A program made the translations under genes and the position numbers. Positions 1 to 13,611 of a DNA stretch of 64,000 bases are shown here, piece by piece. Source of the stretch: Mobula hypostoma (lineage: Eukaryota); NCBI RefSeq assembly GCF_963921235.1, contig NC_086097.1, positions 9,052,001 to 9,116,000 of the forward strand, given 5' to 3'. The notes under the pieces were generated by a model, which saw only the letters and a program-made list of their open reading frames with translations, did no database searches and was not told the DNA's origin. How positions within the stretch are numbered: position 1 is the first letter of the stretch; each line of letters begins with the position of its first letter.

Positions 1-60
1 TTTCCACGGATGCTGCCCGACCTGCTGAGTTCCTCCAGTGTGTTGTGAGTGTTGCTTTGA
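1..60 (+). mobile_element. Penelope-like pseudo-LTR 3' tail fragment
   Basis: GATGCTGCCCGACCTGCTGAGTTCCTCCAG, the same tail as 646-700, 41300-41335 and 57104-57150. Confidence 0.7.
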
Positions 61-455
61 ACCTAACTCCTCTCACCTTCAAAGCATGACTGCTGATATT
101 AGAGATCTCAATCCTGGGAAATAGATACTCTGTCCGTTCTAAATATGCGTCCCATGATCTTGTAAACATTTATCAGATCTCTCCTCAGCCTAGTGCTTCA
201 GAGAAAACAAACCCAGATTATCCTACCTGTCATGATAACACATGCTCTCTAAATCAGGGAGCATCCTGGTAAAGCCTCAACGTTCTTCCTTTCGTAGGGT
301 GACCAATACTCCAGATGTGGCCTAGAGCTGCATAATGTTGCAACACAACCTCTTGACTTTTGAACTCAATGCGTTGACTAATAAAAGTAAGCAATCCATA
401 AGCTTTCTTAACCAGTTTATCGACCTGTGTAGCCGCTTTCAAGCAGCTATGAACA
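61..455 (-). mobile_element. CR1 LINE 3' fragment
   Basis: ORF 254..442 (QVDKLVKKAYGLLTFISQRIEFKSQEVVLQ) is the CR1 ORF2 post-RT region. Confidence 0.85.
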
Positions 456-519
456 CAGAAGAATCGGAATAATTTTAATGGCTGTCAATGCAACAGAAAT
501 TCATTTTTGAGCCTGTCCT

Positions 520-725
520 CCTTCCCCTTAACCTTCCCCTCCCCACCCCGACAACCATCTGATTCTAGGTTCTACCCCACTTTCTTCCCAGTACTGGTGA
601 AGGGTCTTGGCCTGAAAAGTCAACTGCTTATTAATTTTGATAGAAGCTGCCTGAGCTGCTGAGTTCCTCCAGCATTTTGTGTGCTGCTCTGGATTTCCAG
701 CATCTGCAGGATTCTTATGTTTAGA
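520..725 (+). mobile_element. Penelope-like pLTR fragment with degenerate hammerhead
   Basis: CTGGTGA-AGGGTCTTGGCCT-GAAA-AGTC at 594-621, followed by the shared tail ending CAGCATCTGCAG. Confidence 0.7.
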
Positions 726-1119
726 AATTCACTGCATCTCTGTTTATCAAATAATGCAATCTTAACAATTATTAAATTGAGTTTCCAGAAAACTTTCACA
801 TTCTCTGTTCCTCAAAGTCAAGCAGTCCCAACCAGGCTTCAGATAGTAAATGATAAACACTATTCCTGACAACAAGTAGTAGTTTGTGAACAACTCCAAC
901 AAGGGAACTTAACATAATTTTACTAATTTTAACTATTTTTAATATTGTTAATATTTAATATTTGAAATCCAGGGAGTGTGAAGCGCAGAATCAAATATCG
1001 CTGTGATGATTGTATGTTTTAGTACCAATTGTTTGGTGACAATAAAGTATAAAGTATAATTATCTCCAAGTATGAAATCATCAGCATTCAGATGGTGATT
1101 ATTGATCAATTCAGGTTTT

Positions 1120-1502
1120 ATTGATCAGGTATATAAAATTATGATGGGTATTGATAGAGTGAATACAAGCAGGTTTTTTCCGCTGAGGCAAGGGGAGAAA
1201 AAAACCAGAGGATATGGGTTAAGGGTGAGGGGGGAAAAGTTTAAAGGGAACATTAGGGGGGGCTTCTTCACACAGAGAGTGGTGGGAGTATGGAATGAGC
1301 TGCCAGATGAGGTGGTAAATGCGGGTTCTTTTTTAACATTTAAGAATAAATTGGACAGATACATGGATGGAAGGTGTATGGAGGGATATGGTCCGTGTGC
1401 AGGTCAGTGAGACTAGGCAGAAAATGGTTCGGTACAGCCAAGAAGGGCCAAAAGGCCTGTTTCTGTGCTGTAGTTTCTCTGGTTCTATGGTTCTATGGTT
1501 CT
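1120..1502 (+). mobile_element. CR1 LINE 3' end
   Basis: KKTRGYGLRVRGEKF...FFTQRVVGVWNELP; (TTCTATGG)n tail; near-identical to 47515-47838. Confidence 0.92.
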
Positions 1503-1544
1503 AATTCATTTTCAATTGGGCAATTCATATACATTTCACACGTG

Positions 1545-4500
1545 CACACCCCAATCAGATTGGATTGGTAACAACATCTCTACAATCTCCATCTGCACAA
1601 GTGCACCACAGGAATGTGAGCTTAACTGCCTGCTCGACTCACTTTACCCTTATGACTGTAAGGCTAAGCACAGCTCCAATGCTAGATTGAAGCTTGCTGA
1701 TAACACTACTGTCATTGGCAGAATCAAACATGGTGATGAATCAGTGTATGGGAGGGAAACTGAAATTCTGGCTCAGTTGTGCCAAACAACAAGCTCTCCC
1801 TCAATGTTAGCAAGACCAAGGAGAAGACTATTGACTTCAGCAGGAGGAAACCGGAGGTCTATGAGCCGTCCTCATCAGGGGATCAAAGACTGAGAGGGTC
1901 AGCAACTTTAAATTCTCGGTCTTATCATTTCCGTAAGGCCATAAGATATAGGAGCAGAAGCTGGCCATTCAGTCCATCATGTCTGCTCCGCCATTCAATC
2001 ATGGCTGATCCTTTATTCTATCTCTTCATCAACCCCGTTTTCTGGCTATCTCCCCATACCCTTTGGTGCCCTGGCTATTCAAGAACCTATCAATCTCTGC
2101 CTTGAATGTACCAATGACTTGGCCTCCAGGGCCGTTTGTGGCAACAAATTCCACAGATTTACCACCCTCTAACTAAAGTAATTTCTCTGCATCTCTGTTC
2201 TAAATGGATCCTGAAATCCTGTCCTCTTGTTCTGGATTCTCCTACCATGAGAAATAACTTGGCCATATCTAATTGGTTCAGTCTTTTTAACATTCGGAAG
2301 GTTTTTATGAGATTCCCCTTCATTCTCCTAAACTCCAGGGAATACATCAAAGAAATGCCAGACGTTCCTCATTGGTAACCCTTTCATTCCTGGAATCATT
2401 CTCGTGAATCTTCTCTGAACCCTCTCCAATGTCAGTATATCCATTCTAAAATAAGGAGCCCAAAACTGCAGACAATACTCTAAGTGTTGTCTCACGAGTG
2501 CCTTATAGAGCCTCAACATCACATCCCTGCTCTTACATTCTATACCTCTAGAAATGAGTGCAAGCATTGCATTCGCCTTCTTCACCACCCACTCAACCTG
2601 GAGGTTAACCTTTAGGGTATCCTGCACAAGGGCTCACAAGTCTTTTTGCATCTCTGCATTTTGAATTCTCTCCCTATCTAAATAATAGTCTGCCCATTTA
2701 TTTCTTCCACCAAAGTGCATGACCAGACACTTTCCAACACTGTATTTCATTTGCCACTTCTTTGCTCATTCCCCTAAACTATCTAAGTCTCTCTGCAGGC
2801 TCTCTGTTTCCTCAACACTACCTGCTCCTCCACCTATCTTTGTATCATCGGTAAATTTAGCCACAAATCCATTAATTCCATAGTCCAAATCATTGACATA
2901 CATTATAAAAAGCAGTGGTCCCAACACCGACCCCTGTGGAACTCCAGTGGTAACTGGCAGCCAGCCAGAATAGGATCCCTTTTTCCCACTCTCTGTTTTC
3001 TGCCAATCAGCCAATGTTCCACCCACGCTAGTAACTTCCCTGTAATTCCATGGGCTCTTATCTTGCTAAGCAGCCTCATGTGCGGCACCTTGTCAAAGGC
3101 CTTCTGAAAATCCAAGTACACCACATCTACTGTATCTCCTTTGTCTACCCTGCTTGTAATTTCCTCAAAGAATTGCAGTAGGTTACTCAGGCAGGTTATT
3201 TTCTTTCAGGAAACCATGCTGGCTTTGGCCTATCTTGTTATGTGCCTCCAGCTACACCGTAATCTCATCCCTAACAATTGATTCCAACACCTTCCCAACC
3301 ACTGATGTCAGGCTAACAGGTCTATAGTTTCATTTCTGCTGCCTCCCACCCTTCTTAAATAGCGGAGTAACATTTAGAATTTTCCAGTCAGCCGGTACAA
3401 TGCCAGAATCTATCAATTCTTGATAGGTCATTGTTAGTGCCTCCGCAAGCTCTCCAGCTACTTCCTTCAGAACTCGAGGGTGATTCCATCAGGTCCAGGA
3501 GATTTATCCACCCTCAGGCCTTCTCAGTTGTAAGTTACACTCCACATACTTCATTTCCCTGACACTCTTTAATATCCGGTATACTGCAGGTGTCTTCCAC
3601 TGCGAAGACTGATGCAAAATACACATTCCGTTCCTCTGTCATCTCTGCGTCTTTCATTACAATATCTCCAGTGTCTTTTTCTATTGGTCCTATATCTACC
3701 CTCAACTCTCTTTTACCCTTTACATACTTAAAAAAGCTTTTAGTATCTTCTTTGATATTAGTCGCCAGCTTCCTTTCATAATTCATCCTTTCCTTCCTAA
3801 TGACCTTCTTATTTTCCTTCTGCAAATTTTTAAAAGCTTCCCAATCCTCTGTCTTCCCACGAGCTTTGGCTTCCTTGTATGCCCTCTCTTTTGCTTTTAC
3901 TTTGGCTCTGACTTAATTTGTCAGCCACAGTAGTGTCCTTCTTCCATTCAAAAATTTCTTCTTATTTGTAATATATCTGTCTTGCACTTCCCTCATTTTT
4001 TGCAGAAACTCCAGCCATTGCTGCTCTGCTATCTTTCCTGTTAGTGTCCTTTTCCAGTCAACCTTGAACAGTTCCCCTCGCATGCCATTGTAATTTTCTT
4101 TATACCGCTGAAATAAAGACACATTGGAATTTAGTTTCTCCTTCCCAAATTTCAAAGTGAACTCAATCATCCTGTGATCACTGTTCCCCATTTCAGAGAA
4201 CCTGTCCTGGTCCCAGTGTGTAAGTGCAGTTACAAAGAAAGCATGCAGTGTCTCTACTTCTTGAGAAGTTTATGAAAATTAGTGATGAAGTTTGCATGAC
4301 AATTTTCAAGAGATGTGTGCTGGAGACTATATTGACTGGTTGCATCACAGCCTGGTATGGAAACACCAATACCTTTGAACATAAGATTTTGTAAAAATTA
4401 ATTGATACAACCTTGTCTATTGGGGTAAAATCCTTCCCACCATTGAGCACATCTGCACAGAGTGCTGTCACAGGAAATCAGCATCCATCATCAAGGAGCC

Positions 4501-4880
4501 CTCCATCCAGGACATGCTCCCTTCTCACTGCTGTCACCAGGAAGAAGGTACAAGAGCCTCAGGACCCACAGCACCAGGTTCAGGAACAGTTATTACCCCT
4601 CAATCTTCAGGCTCCTGAACCAGAGTGGATAACTTCACTCAACTTCTCTCACCCCATTGCTGAACTGTTTCCACAACCTATGAACTCACTTTTAAGGACT
4701 CTTCGCCTCATGTTCTCGAAATGTATTGCTTATTTATTTACTTATCTGTTTGTTTGCTTGTTCATTTATTTATTTATCTATCTATCTATTTATTTATTAA
4801 TTAATTATTTCTTTCTTTTTGTATTTGCACAGTTTGTTTTCTTTGTTTTTTGCTTGCACAGTTTGTTGTCTTCTGTTTGT
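1545..4880 (+). mobile_element. Rex1/Babar-type LINE RT fragment split by a CR1 insertion
   Basis: SAPQ...LADNTTVIGRI and LSLNVSKTKE motifs at 1550-1930; the sequence resumes at 4189; CATTTC duplicated at 1926-1931 and 4189-4194. Confidence 0.75.
1932..4188 (-). mobile_element. 5'-truncated CR1 LINE (ORF2 RT pseudogene)
   Basis: VYLDFQKAFDKVPH, GVPQGSVLGPLLF, FTDDTK, LEYCLQFWAP; frameshifted; 6-bp TSD CATTTC. Confidence 0.95.
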
Positions 4881-7432
4881 CACACTCCATATTAAAGGTG
4901 TGGTCATCGATGGAGTGGTCTGAGGCAGAGTGGTACGGCTTTGGCTCATTCGGGCTTCAGCGATAATGGGTCGAGGCGAGGTAAGTTACCTACGTGGAAT
5001 AGAAGCAGGAAATATGTCTGTGAGGCAGGTGTTCTATACTGGTTGTCAGATGTGGGAAATCCAGGAGACTCCCAGTCTCCCGGACAGCCATATCTGTCCC
5101 AGGTGTGATGAGCTGTAGCTCCTTAGGGACAGCGTTAGGGAACTGGAGCTGCAGCTTGATTATCTTCATCTGGTTAGGAAAAGTGAGGAGGTGATAGAGA
5201 GGAGCTCTAGGCAAGTGGTCACACCGGGACCTCGGGAGACAGATAAGTGGGTAACAGTCAGAAAAGGGAAGGGCAAGAGTCAGATATGAGAGAGTACCTT
5301 TGTGGCTGTCCCCCTTAACAATAAGTACTCCTGTTTGAGTACTGCTGGACCAATATCCTGGCAGATTGGTTTTCTAAGGCTACTGGGGAAAGTTTAAACT
5401 AGAATTGCTGGGGGGTGGGAACCAAACTGAAGAGACGGAGGAAGAGGCGGTTGGCTCACAAATAGAGAAAGCTTGGAGAGAGTACAGAGGGAGGAGAGGC
5501 AGGTGATAGAGAAGGGATACGCTCAGACAGATGGTTTAAGATGGTTTAAGATGAGCTTAGAGCGTGGATCAGTACTTGGAGCTATGATGTTGTGGCCATT
5601 ACAGAGACTTGGATGGCTCAGGGGCAGGAATAGCTACTTTGAGTGCTGGGCTTTAGATGTTTCAGAAAGGACAGGGAGGGAGGGAAAAGAGGTGGGGGAG
5701 TGGCACTGCTGATCAGAGATAGTTTCACGGCTGCAGAAAATGAGAAAGTCAAGGAGGGATTGTCTACTGAGTCTCTGGGGTGGATGTTAGAAACAGGAAG
5801 GGGTCCAAAACTCTATAGACCACCCAATAGTAACAGGGACATCGAGAAGCAGATAAGGAGACAGATTCTGGAAAGTTGTAATAATAACAGGGTTGACATG
5901 GTGGGAGATTTTAATTTCCCAAATATTGATTGGCATCTCCCTAGAGCAAGGGGTTTAAATGGGGTGGAGTTTGTTAGGTGTGTTCAGGAAGGTTCCCTGA
6001 CACAATATGTAGATAGCCTACCAGAGGAGAGGTTCTACTTGATCTGGTATTGGGAAATGAACCTGGTCAGGTGTCAGGTCTCTCAGTGGGAGAGCATTTT
6101 GGAGATAGTGATCACAATTCTATCTCCTTTACCAGAGCATTGGAGGGGGATAGGAACAAACAAGTTAGGAAAGCGTTTAATTGGAGTAAGGGGAAATATG
6201 AAGCTATCAGGCAGGAACTTGGAAGTATAAATTGGGAACAGATGTTCTCAGGGAAATGTACAGCAGAAATATGGCAAATGTTCAGGGGATATTTGCGTGG
6301 CGATCTGCATAGGTATGTTACAATGAGACAGGGAAAGGATGGGAGGGTACAGGAACCATGGTGTACAAAGTCTGTTGTAAATCTAGTCAAGAAAGAAAGA
6401 AAAGCTTATGAAAGGTTCAAAAAGCTAGGTAATGATAGAGATCTAGAAGATTACAAGGCTAGCAGGAAGAAGCTTAAGAATAAAATTAGGAGAGCCAGGA
6501 GGGGCCATGAGAAGGCCTTGACAAGCAGGATTAAAGAAAACCCCATGGCATTCTACAAGTATGTGAAGAGCAAGAGGATAAGATGTGAGAGAATAGGACT
6601 AATCAAGTGAAACAGTGGAAAAGTGTGTATGGGACTGGAGGGGATAGCAGAAGTACTTAATGAATACTCTGCTTCAGTATACACCACGGAAAAGGATCTT
6701 GGTGATTGCAGGGATGACTTGCAGTGGATTGAAAAGCTTGAGCATATAGACATTAAGAAAGACGATGCGCTGGGGCTTTTGAAAAGCATCAAGTTGGATA
6801 AGTCTCTGGGATTGGATGAGATGTACCCCAGACTACTTTGGGGTCAAGGAGGAGATTGCTGAGCCTCTGGCAATGATATTTGCATGATCAATGGGGACGG
6901 AAGAGGTTCTGGAGGATTGGAGGGTTGCAGATATTGTTCCCTTATTCATAAAAAGGAGTAAAGATAGCCCAGGAAATTATAGACCAGTGAGTCTTACTTC
7001 AGTGGTAGGTAAGTTGATGGACCTCTTGAGAGGCAGGATTTATGAACATTTGGAGAGGTATAATATGATTAGGAATAGTTAACATGGCTTTGTCAAGGGC
7101 AGGTCGTGCCTTACGAACCTAAATGAATTTTTTGAGAATGTGACTAAGCACATTGATGAAGGTAGAGTAGTAGATGTAGTGTATATGAATTTCAGCAAGG
7201 CATTTGATAAGGTATCCCATGCAAGGCTTTTTGTGAAAGTAAGGAGGCATGGGATCCAAGGGGACATTGCATTCTGGATCCAGAGCTGGCTTTGCCCACA
7301 GAAGGCAAAGAGTGATTGCAGATGGATCATGTTCTGCATGGAGGTCTGTAACCAGTGGTGTGCCTCAGAGATCTGTTCTGGGACCTCTTCTCTTCATGAT
7401 CTTTATAAATGACCTGAATGAGGAAATGGAGG

Positions 7433-7645
7433 CAACAGGAATTCTGCAGATGCTGGAAATTCAAGCAACACACATCAAAGTTGCTGGTGAACGCAGCAGG
7501 CCAGGCAGCATCTGTAGGAAGAGGTGCAGTCGACGTTTCAGGCCGAGACCTGACGAAGAGTCTCGGCCTGAAACGTCGACTGCACCTCTTCCTACAGATG
7601 CTGCCTGGCCTGCTGCATTCACCAGCAACTTTGATGTGTGTTGTT
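7433..7645. mobile_element. Palindromic Penelope-derived insertion with hammerhead core in the loop; 14-bp TSD
   Basis: Arms 7466-7549 and 7560-7643 (83/84 complementary); TSD TGAGGAAATGGAGG at 7419-7432 and 7646-7659. Confidence 0.9.
7546..7581 (+). ncRNA. Minimal type I hammerhead ribozyme motif
   Basis: CTGACGA(7550-56)-AGAGTCTCGGCCT-GAAA-CGTC/GACT; predicted cleavage after C7577; stem I has one mismatch. Confidence 0.7.
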
Positions 7646-8570
7646 TGAGGAAATGGAGGGATGGGTTAGTAAATTTGCTGATGACACAAAGGTTGGGGGT
7701 GTTGTGGATAGTGTGGAGGGCTGTCAGAGGTTGCAGCAGGACATTGATAGGATGCAAAACTGGGCTGAGAAGTGACAGATAGGATTCAACCCAGATAAGT
7801 GTGAGGTGGTTCATTTCAGTAGGCCAAATATAATGGCAGAATATAGAATTGCAGTGTGGAGGATCAGAATGATCTTGGGGTCCGAGTCCATAGGACATTC
7901 AAAGCTGCTGCGCACGTTGACTCTGTGGTTAAGAAGGCATACGGTGCATTGGCCTTCATGAACCATGGGATTGAATTGAAGAGGTGAGAGGTAATGTTAC
8001 AACTTTTTAGGACCCTGGTCAGAGCCCACTTGGAGTACTGTGCTCAGTTTTGGTCACCTCACTATAGGGAGGATGTAGAAACTATTGAAAGGGTACAGAG
8101 GAGACTTAGAATGATGTTGCCTCGGTTGGGGAGAATACCTTTTGAGAATAGGTTGTGAGAACTTGGCCTTTTCTCCTTGAAGCGAAGGAGGATGAGAGGT
8201 GACCTGATAGAGGTTTGTAAGATAATGAGAAGCATTGATCGTGTGGATAGTCAGAGGCTTTTTCCCAGGGCTAAAATGGCTAACACGAGAGGGCACAGTT
8301 GTAAGGTGCTTGGAAGTTGGTACAGAGGAGATGCCAGGGGTAAGTTTTTTGTGCAGAGAGTGGTGAGTGCATAGATTAGGCTGCCAGCAACAGTGGTGGA
8401 GGCGGATACAGTAGGGGCTTTTAAGAGACTCCTCGATAGGTAGATGGAGCTTAGAACAATAGAGGACTATGGGTAACCCTTGGTAATTTCTAAAGTAAGT
8501 ATATGTTCCACACAACATTGTTGGCCAAAGGGCCTGTATTGTGCTGTAGGTTTTCTATGTTTCTATGTTT

Positions 8571-10625
8571 CAGGTTCAGGAGAGCCAGATTTGGATAACT
8601 AAGGAAATAAAAGGTAGGATCAAGTTAAAAGCTCATGTGTAAAAAGTCACAGTGTGGGAGACTGGAGGATTGGGAAAACGTTAGAAAGCAACAGAGAACA
8701 ACTAAACAAGAAATAAGGAAAGGGAAGATAGAGTATGAAAGTAAATTAGCACAAAATATAAAAACAGATAGCAAAATTTTCTATAAATATATAAAGCAGA
8801 AGATGGTGGCTAAAGTCAACGTAGGTCCCTTGGAAGATGAGAAGGAGAATTTGATATTGGGTGATAAGGAAATAGCTGAGGTATTGAACAACTATTTTGT
8901 GTTGGTCTTCATGATGGAGGACACGTCTGATATGCCAAAGAATGATGTTATGGATCAAATGGGAGGTGAGGACCTCGATAAAATCACTGTCACTAAAGAG
9001 ATAGTGATGAGCAAACTAGAGGGCCTGAAGGTAGATAAATCCACTGGTCCTGATGGGATGCATCCCAGGGTGCTGAAGGAAATGGCAGAGGTTATAGTAA
9101 ACACATTGATAATTATTTACCAAAACTCTCTAGACTCTGGGCAGGTCCCAGCGGATTGGAAGATAGCAAATGTCACGCCACGTTTTAAAAAAAGATGTAG
9201 GCAAAAGATGGGCAACTATTAACCAATTAGCTTAACATCTGTAGTCAGGAAAATGCTTGAAGCTGTCATTAAGGAAGAAATAGCGAAACATTTAGAAAGG
9301 AGTGGTTCCATTAGACAGACGCAGCATGATTTCAGAAAGGGCAGGTCCTGTTTGACAAACTTACTGGAGTTCTTTCAGGACATAATGAGTGCAGTGGATG
9401 GGGGAACAGGTGGATGTTGTATACTTGGATTTCCAGAAGGTGTTCAGTAAGGTGCCGCACAAGAGAGTTATAAATAAGGTATGGATGCGTGGAGTCGGAG
9501 GAAGTATATTGACATGGATAGTGGATTGGTTAACCAATAGAAGGCAGAGAGTTGGTATAAATGGGTGTTTCTCCGGGTAGCAGTCAGTGGTGAGTGGGGT
9601 GTCGCAGGGGTCGGTGCCGGGCCCGCAGCTGTTTACCATTTACATTGATGATTTGGAAGAGGGGGCTGAGTGTAGCGTAACAAAATTTGCTGATGACACT
9701 AAACTGTGCAGAAAAGCAAATTGTACAGAGGAGGTGGAGAGGCTGCAGAGAGGTATAGGTAGGTTAAGTGAGTGGGCCAAGGTCTGGCAGATGGAATACA
9801 ATGTTGGTAAATGCAAGATCATCCACTTTGGAAGGAATAATAGAATAGCAGATTATTATTTAAATGATGAAATATTTAAATAATATGTTGTTGTGCAGAG
9901 GGACTTGGGAGTACTTGTTCATGAATCGCAAAAAGTTGGCTTGCAGGTACAACAGGTTATTAAGAGGCAAACAGAATGTTGCCCTTCATTGCTAGAGGGA
10001 TTGTATTCAAGAGCAGGAGGTCATGCTGCAACTATACAGGGTAATGGTGAGGCTGCACCTGGAGTACTGTGTGCAGTTCTGGTCTCCATACTTGAGGAAG
10101 GATATACTGGCTTTGGAGGCAGTGCAGAGGAGGTTCACCAGGTTGATTCCAGGGATGACAGGTTAACCTTTTAGGAGAGGTTGAGTTGCCTGGGACTATA
10201 CTCTCTGGAATTCAGAAGAATGAGAGGGGATCTTATAGAACACTACAACATTTTGAAAGGGATAGGTAAGATAGAAGTAGGAAAGTTGTTTCCATTGGTA
10301 GGTGAGACTAGAATTAGGGGACGTTGCCTTAAGATTCAGGGCAGACGATTTAGGACAGAGATGAGGAGAAATTGTTTTTGCCAGAGATTGGGAATCTGTG
10401 GAATTCTCTGCCCAGGGAAGCAGTTGAAGCTTCTTCACTAAATAGATTTAAGATACAGTTAGATAGATTTTTACGTAGTAGGGGAATTAAGGGTTATGGG
10501 GAAAAGGCAGGTAGATGGAGCCAAGTTTACAGACGGATCAGCCATGATCTTATTGAATGGTGGGGCAGGCTCGATTGGCCAGATGGCCGACTCCTGCTCC
10601 TATTTCTTATGGTCTTATGTCCTTA
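8571..10625 (+). mobile_element. 5'-truncated CR1 LINE (ORF2 pseudogene)
   Basis: KSTGPDGMHPRVLKE, GRSCLTNLLEFF, FADDTK, LGLYSLEFRRMRGDLIE; (TCTTATG)n tail. Confidence 0.95.
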
Positions 10626-12781
10626 TTGTCATGCTAACTGGATATATATTAGACCAAACGAAACAATGTTTCCCCACTGCACCCACAGCAAATAAAAAAA
10701 AAATCACCATAAATAAGTTAATAAAATATAATTCACAATGCATGTAAAGTGTGCAGTACAAGTCAACAGTAAACAGAACAGTAATCAGCTCACTGTCCTA
10801 GTGTCGAGACCTTGGTGGTGGTGGCAGGGTATTCATTAATTAGTGGGTCAAAGAGATTGTGGGATGGGTGGTAGGGTTCCTCAACAATGCTTCAAGCCCT
10901 GCATATACAATTCAGAACTATTTAGTAATAGGATCAATATACTACAAGGAGATCTTTCCCCTGTGTATTTATTGAGCAGTCTTTAATGGATGTCTGTCTA
11001 TGACTTCAAAAAGACTCCCCTTCTTCATATGAGGTTGCTCAGTATTTATTGTATCTTCCATTTACATTTGATTAGGATAAAGGACAGCAGCTAACTGGTT
11101 ACTGAAATCTTGATCACAGTTTCAGATACTTGACAAATCAAGTTCAAGTTTAATTGTCATTCAACCATATGCGAATACCCAAGACTACAGCCAAACTATC
11201 AATGTAAATGGTGTTACCCTGGGGCCAAGATGCCAAACACAGTACCAACAGTCATGCACAACACAAGGCACATATAGTTCACTTAAGATAGCAGTAAACA
11301 TATACAGTAGTCACATAAATAAAAAAATGTCCAATTCCCTGAGTCCATGAATGTCAGATTAGTCTGCAGTCACTCACAATACAGCTTGACTTCCGCTGAG
11401 TGAATACTGAAGGGCAGCACCAACATCAACCTGGACGCTGTACCACACCACTCCCAGCACTGACTCTCCTGGATGGCTGCACTGGTATCATGAGGCAGCC
11501 TTTTCTGTTAAATAATAAGAAACCAGTTAAAGGCAGTTTCTTGCAGGATTATGTCTCACAGAAGATGACATTGAAGTTGCCTTCCCTTTGTGGTGATAAA
11601 TCGCTGTCCTTCTCTGACCAGTTACTACATTGTCATGGCACCCTAAGGTAATACACTTAGGAAGGCTGCATGTCTGAGAACATAGCAAACCTCATCATTT
11701 TAAAAGCCACTTGCTCAATTCTTTATAACCTCTGAACTGCTGTCTTGTGCTACTCTACTTCCCTTAAATAAACTACTGCCTACTCAAAACACTCTAATAC
11801 ACAGGCATTCAGCAGGCAGAATGCTAAAAAAGCTCATTGGAAAGTGCATGTGATTTGGAGGTTAAAGATATTTTATATCTGAAGTTGACTGAAATATAGC
11901 AAACATCTCTGGCTTTGGTCTAATACATTATTGACATAGTGAAAGCGAGAGGATTTAGTGCTCCATGCAATAAGATTGAAGGAGTCTCTCAGGTTCTTTC
12001 TACTTTATCATAGTTAATAGACAAATATGTTCTGGGTATAGGAATTGAGTTAGTGACCTGAAATTGTTTATTTGATTGACGTAACCTTGGATTGAATATG
12101 TCTTCCATTCAACCTAATGCATGAAACAATTAAATGACGTTAATTAAGTAGACAAATTTCTCATTGTGAATTGAAAACTTGATTTTTACAGGACAGTATT
12201 GAGTTTAAGAGATGCACTTCATCCATCACCCCTTTGATTGGTAACCCATAATCACCCTGTCTAACACTAATATCAAATCAAAGTTCAAAGTACATTTATC
12301 ATCAAAGAATGTACAACCCTGTAATTCATCTTCTCCACAGACAGTCACGAAACAAAGAAAACCGTGGAATCTGTTTAAATGAATACATCAACCCCCACCC
12401 CACATGCAAAAAAAAACAAATTGCACAAATGGCAAAAAAACATCAACAGCCCCATGCACAAAAAAAAAATCCAAAAAGAGCAAATAGCAACAAGAAAGGA
12501 TGAGTGAAAGTGCAAAATATAAAACCACAAAATTGAAAGAGAAATGCAAAATTAAAATCAGGATCACGAGAAAACCTCAAAACACTCTACCCTTCTGTTT
12601 ACTGTTTATCACTTTGAATTACAGTATATTTTATTACCGTGTTTGCGGTATTATTTTGTTTATGTATTGTGGGTGCACCACAGTCTGGCGGAATGTAATT
12701 TCAGTCGATTGTGCAGTGAGATGACAATAAACTTGAACACGAAATTTCTGTCCAAATTATCAATCATTCAGACTCACTCAC

Positions 12782-12841
12782 CTCGTACACATTAGTCTGT
12801 AAAATGGCATCTCTGCCAATATGTTCATTACTAGCATTGAT
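12782..12841 (-). CDS. Candidate 60-nt host exon (product unknown)
   Basis: Acceptor gtctgtcttattttcag|, donor GAG|gtgagt; open as INASNEHIGRDAILQTNVYE (phase 0) or SMLVMNILAEMPFYRLMCT (phase 2); lies in non-repeat DNA. Confidence 0.4.
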
Positions 12842-12954
12842 CTGAAAATAAGACAGACAGTGATATGACTTAGTTCATGACAAAAACATGTCAAATTACA
12901 ATACTTAGGGGTTACACTTACAGCTGAGAAATACTTTAACAATAAAACTATGTA

Positions 12955-13210
12955 TTTATTTACTTTGAGGTACAGAGCATAACAGGCTCTTCCAGCCCAA
13001 TAATCCACACCATCCAGCAACCCACCTAGCCTAATCACAGGGCAACTTATAAAAAACAATTAATCTACTAACTGCTACGTATTTGGTCTATTGGAAGGTG
13101 AACATACAAACTCTTTATCGATGATAAAACTCTGAACTCCAGAGCACTGTGAGCTGTAACAGTGCCGTGTTAACCACTATACTGCAGTAGCATTCTAACC
13201 CTACCATGCC
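12955..13210 (-). mobile_element. V-SINE/HE1-like SINE remnant
   Basis: Similar to 16320-16590 (CCTAATCAC.G..CAA.TTA, tRNA-like head near the right end). Confidence 0.55.
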
Positions 13211-13611
13211 ACTGTATCTGGAACCACAAATCACTTTACACAATAAGAGTTCACTGAAAACTCTACTAATAAAAGATTCATTGTCCACTCTGCATTGGAA
13301 TGTTATTCCAGGTTTACATTTTTGATCCCAGTGCAAAAATGGCTTAGTGTTCATCATCAGGAGAATATGGAAGGGTTCACTGCTCTTAAAGACACAGTCT
13401 CTTTCTCCCTATTCTCTGAACAAATAAATGGTCCAAATGGAAAATGGGTTGGCAAAGACACATTCAACCGAGAAAAATGCCTTTTGACCCATTGAGTCTG
13501 TACTAACTAACAACCACACATTTCATATTAGCTTTGTTATTAAAATTTCCCAGAATTCTAGTTAAACTTCACCAGATTATATCGCTCACATCCCTGCTGG
13601 ACTCAACACTG

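Larger units (their letters stand above)
4895..8570 (+). mobile_element. Near full-length decayed CR1 LINE (ORF1 with esterase deleted; ORF2 APE-RT)
   Basis: ORF1 zinc finger CQMWE...HICPRC; APE GDFNFP and GDSDH; RT FSKAFDKV and SGVPQ; tail TTCTATGTTTCTATGTTT. Confidence 0.95.

Noticed and set aside
4730..4850. Hydrophobic 'transmembrane' ORF tail
   Set aside because: (TTTA)n microsatellite in a LINE 3'UTR
7418..7898. Two ORFs on opposite strands sharing identical peptides
   Set aside because: An artefact of the DNA palindrome
11548..11648. Plus-strand exon-like open segment
   Set aside because: Only moderate splice signals and an unrecognisable peptide; within chance expectation
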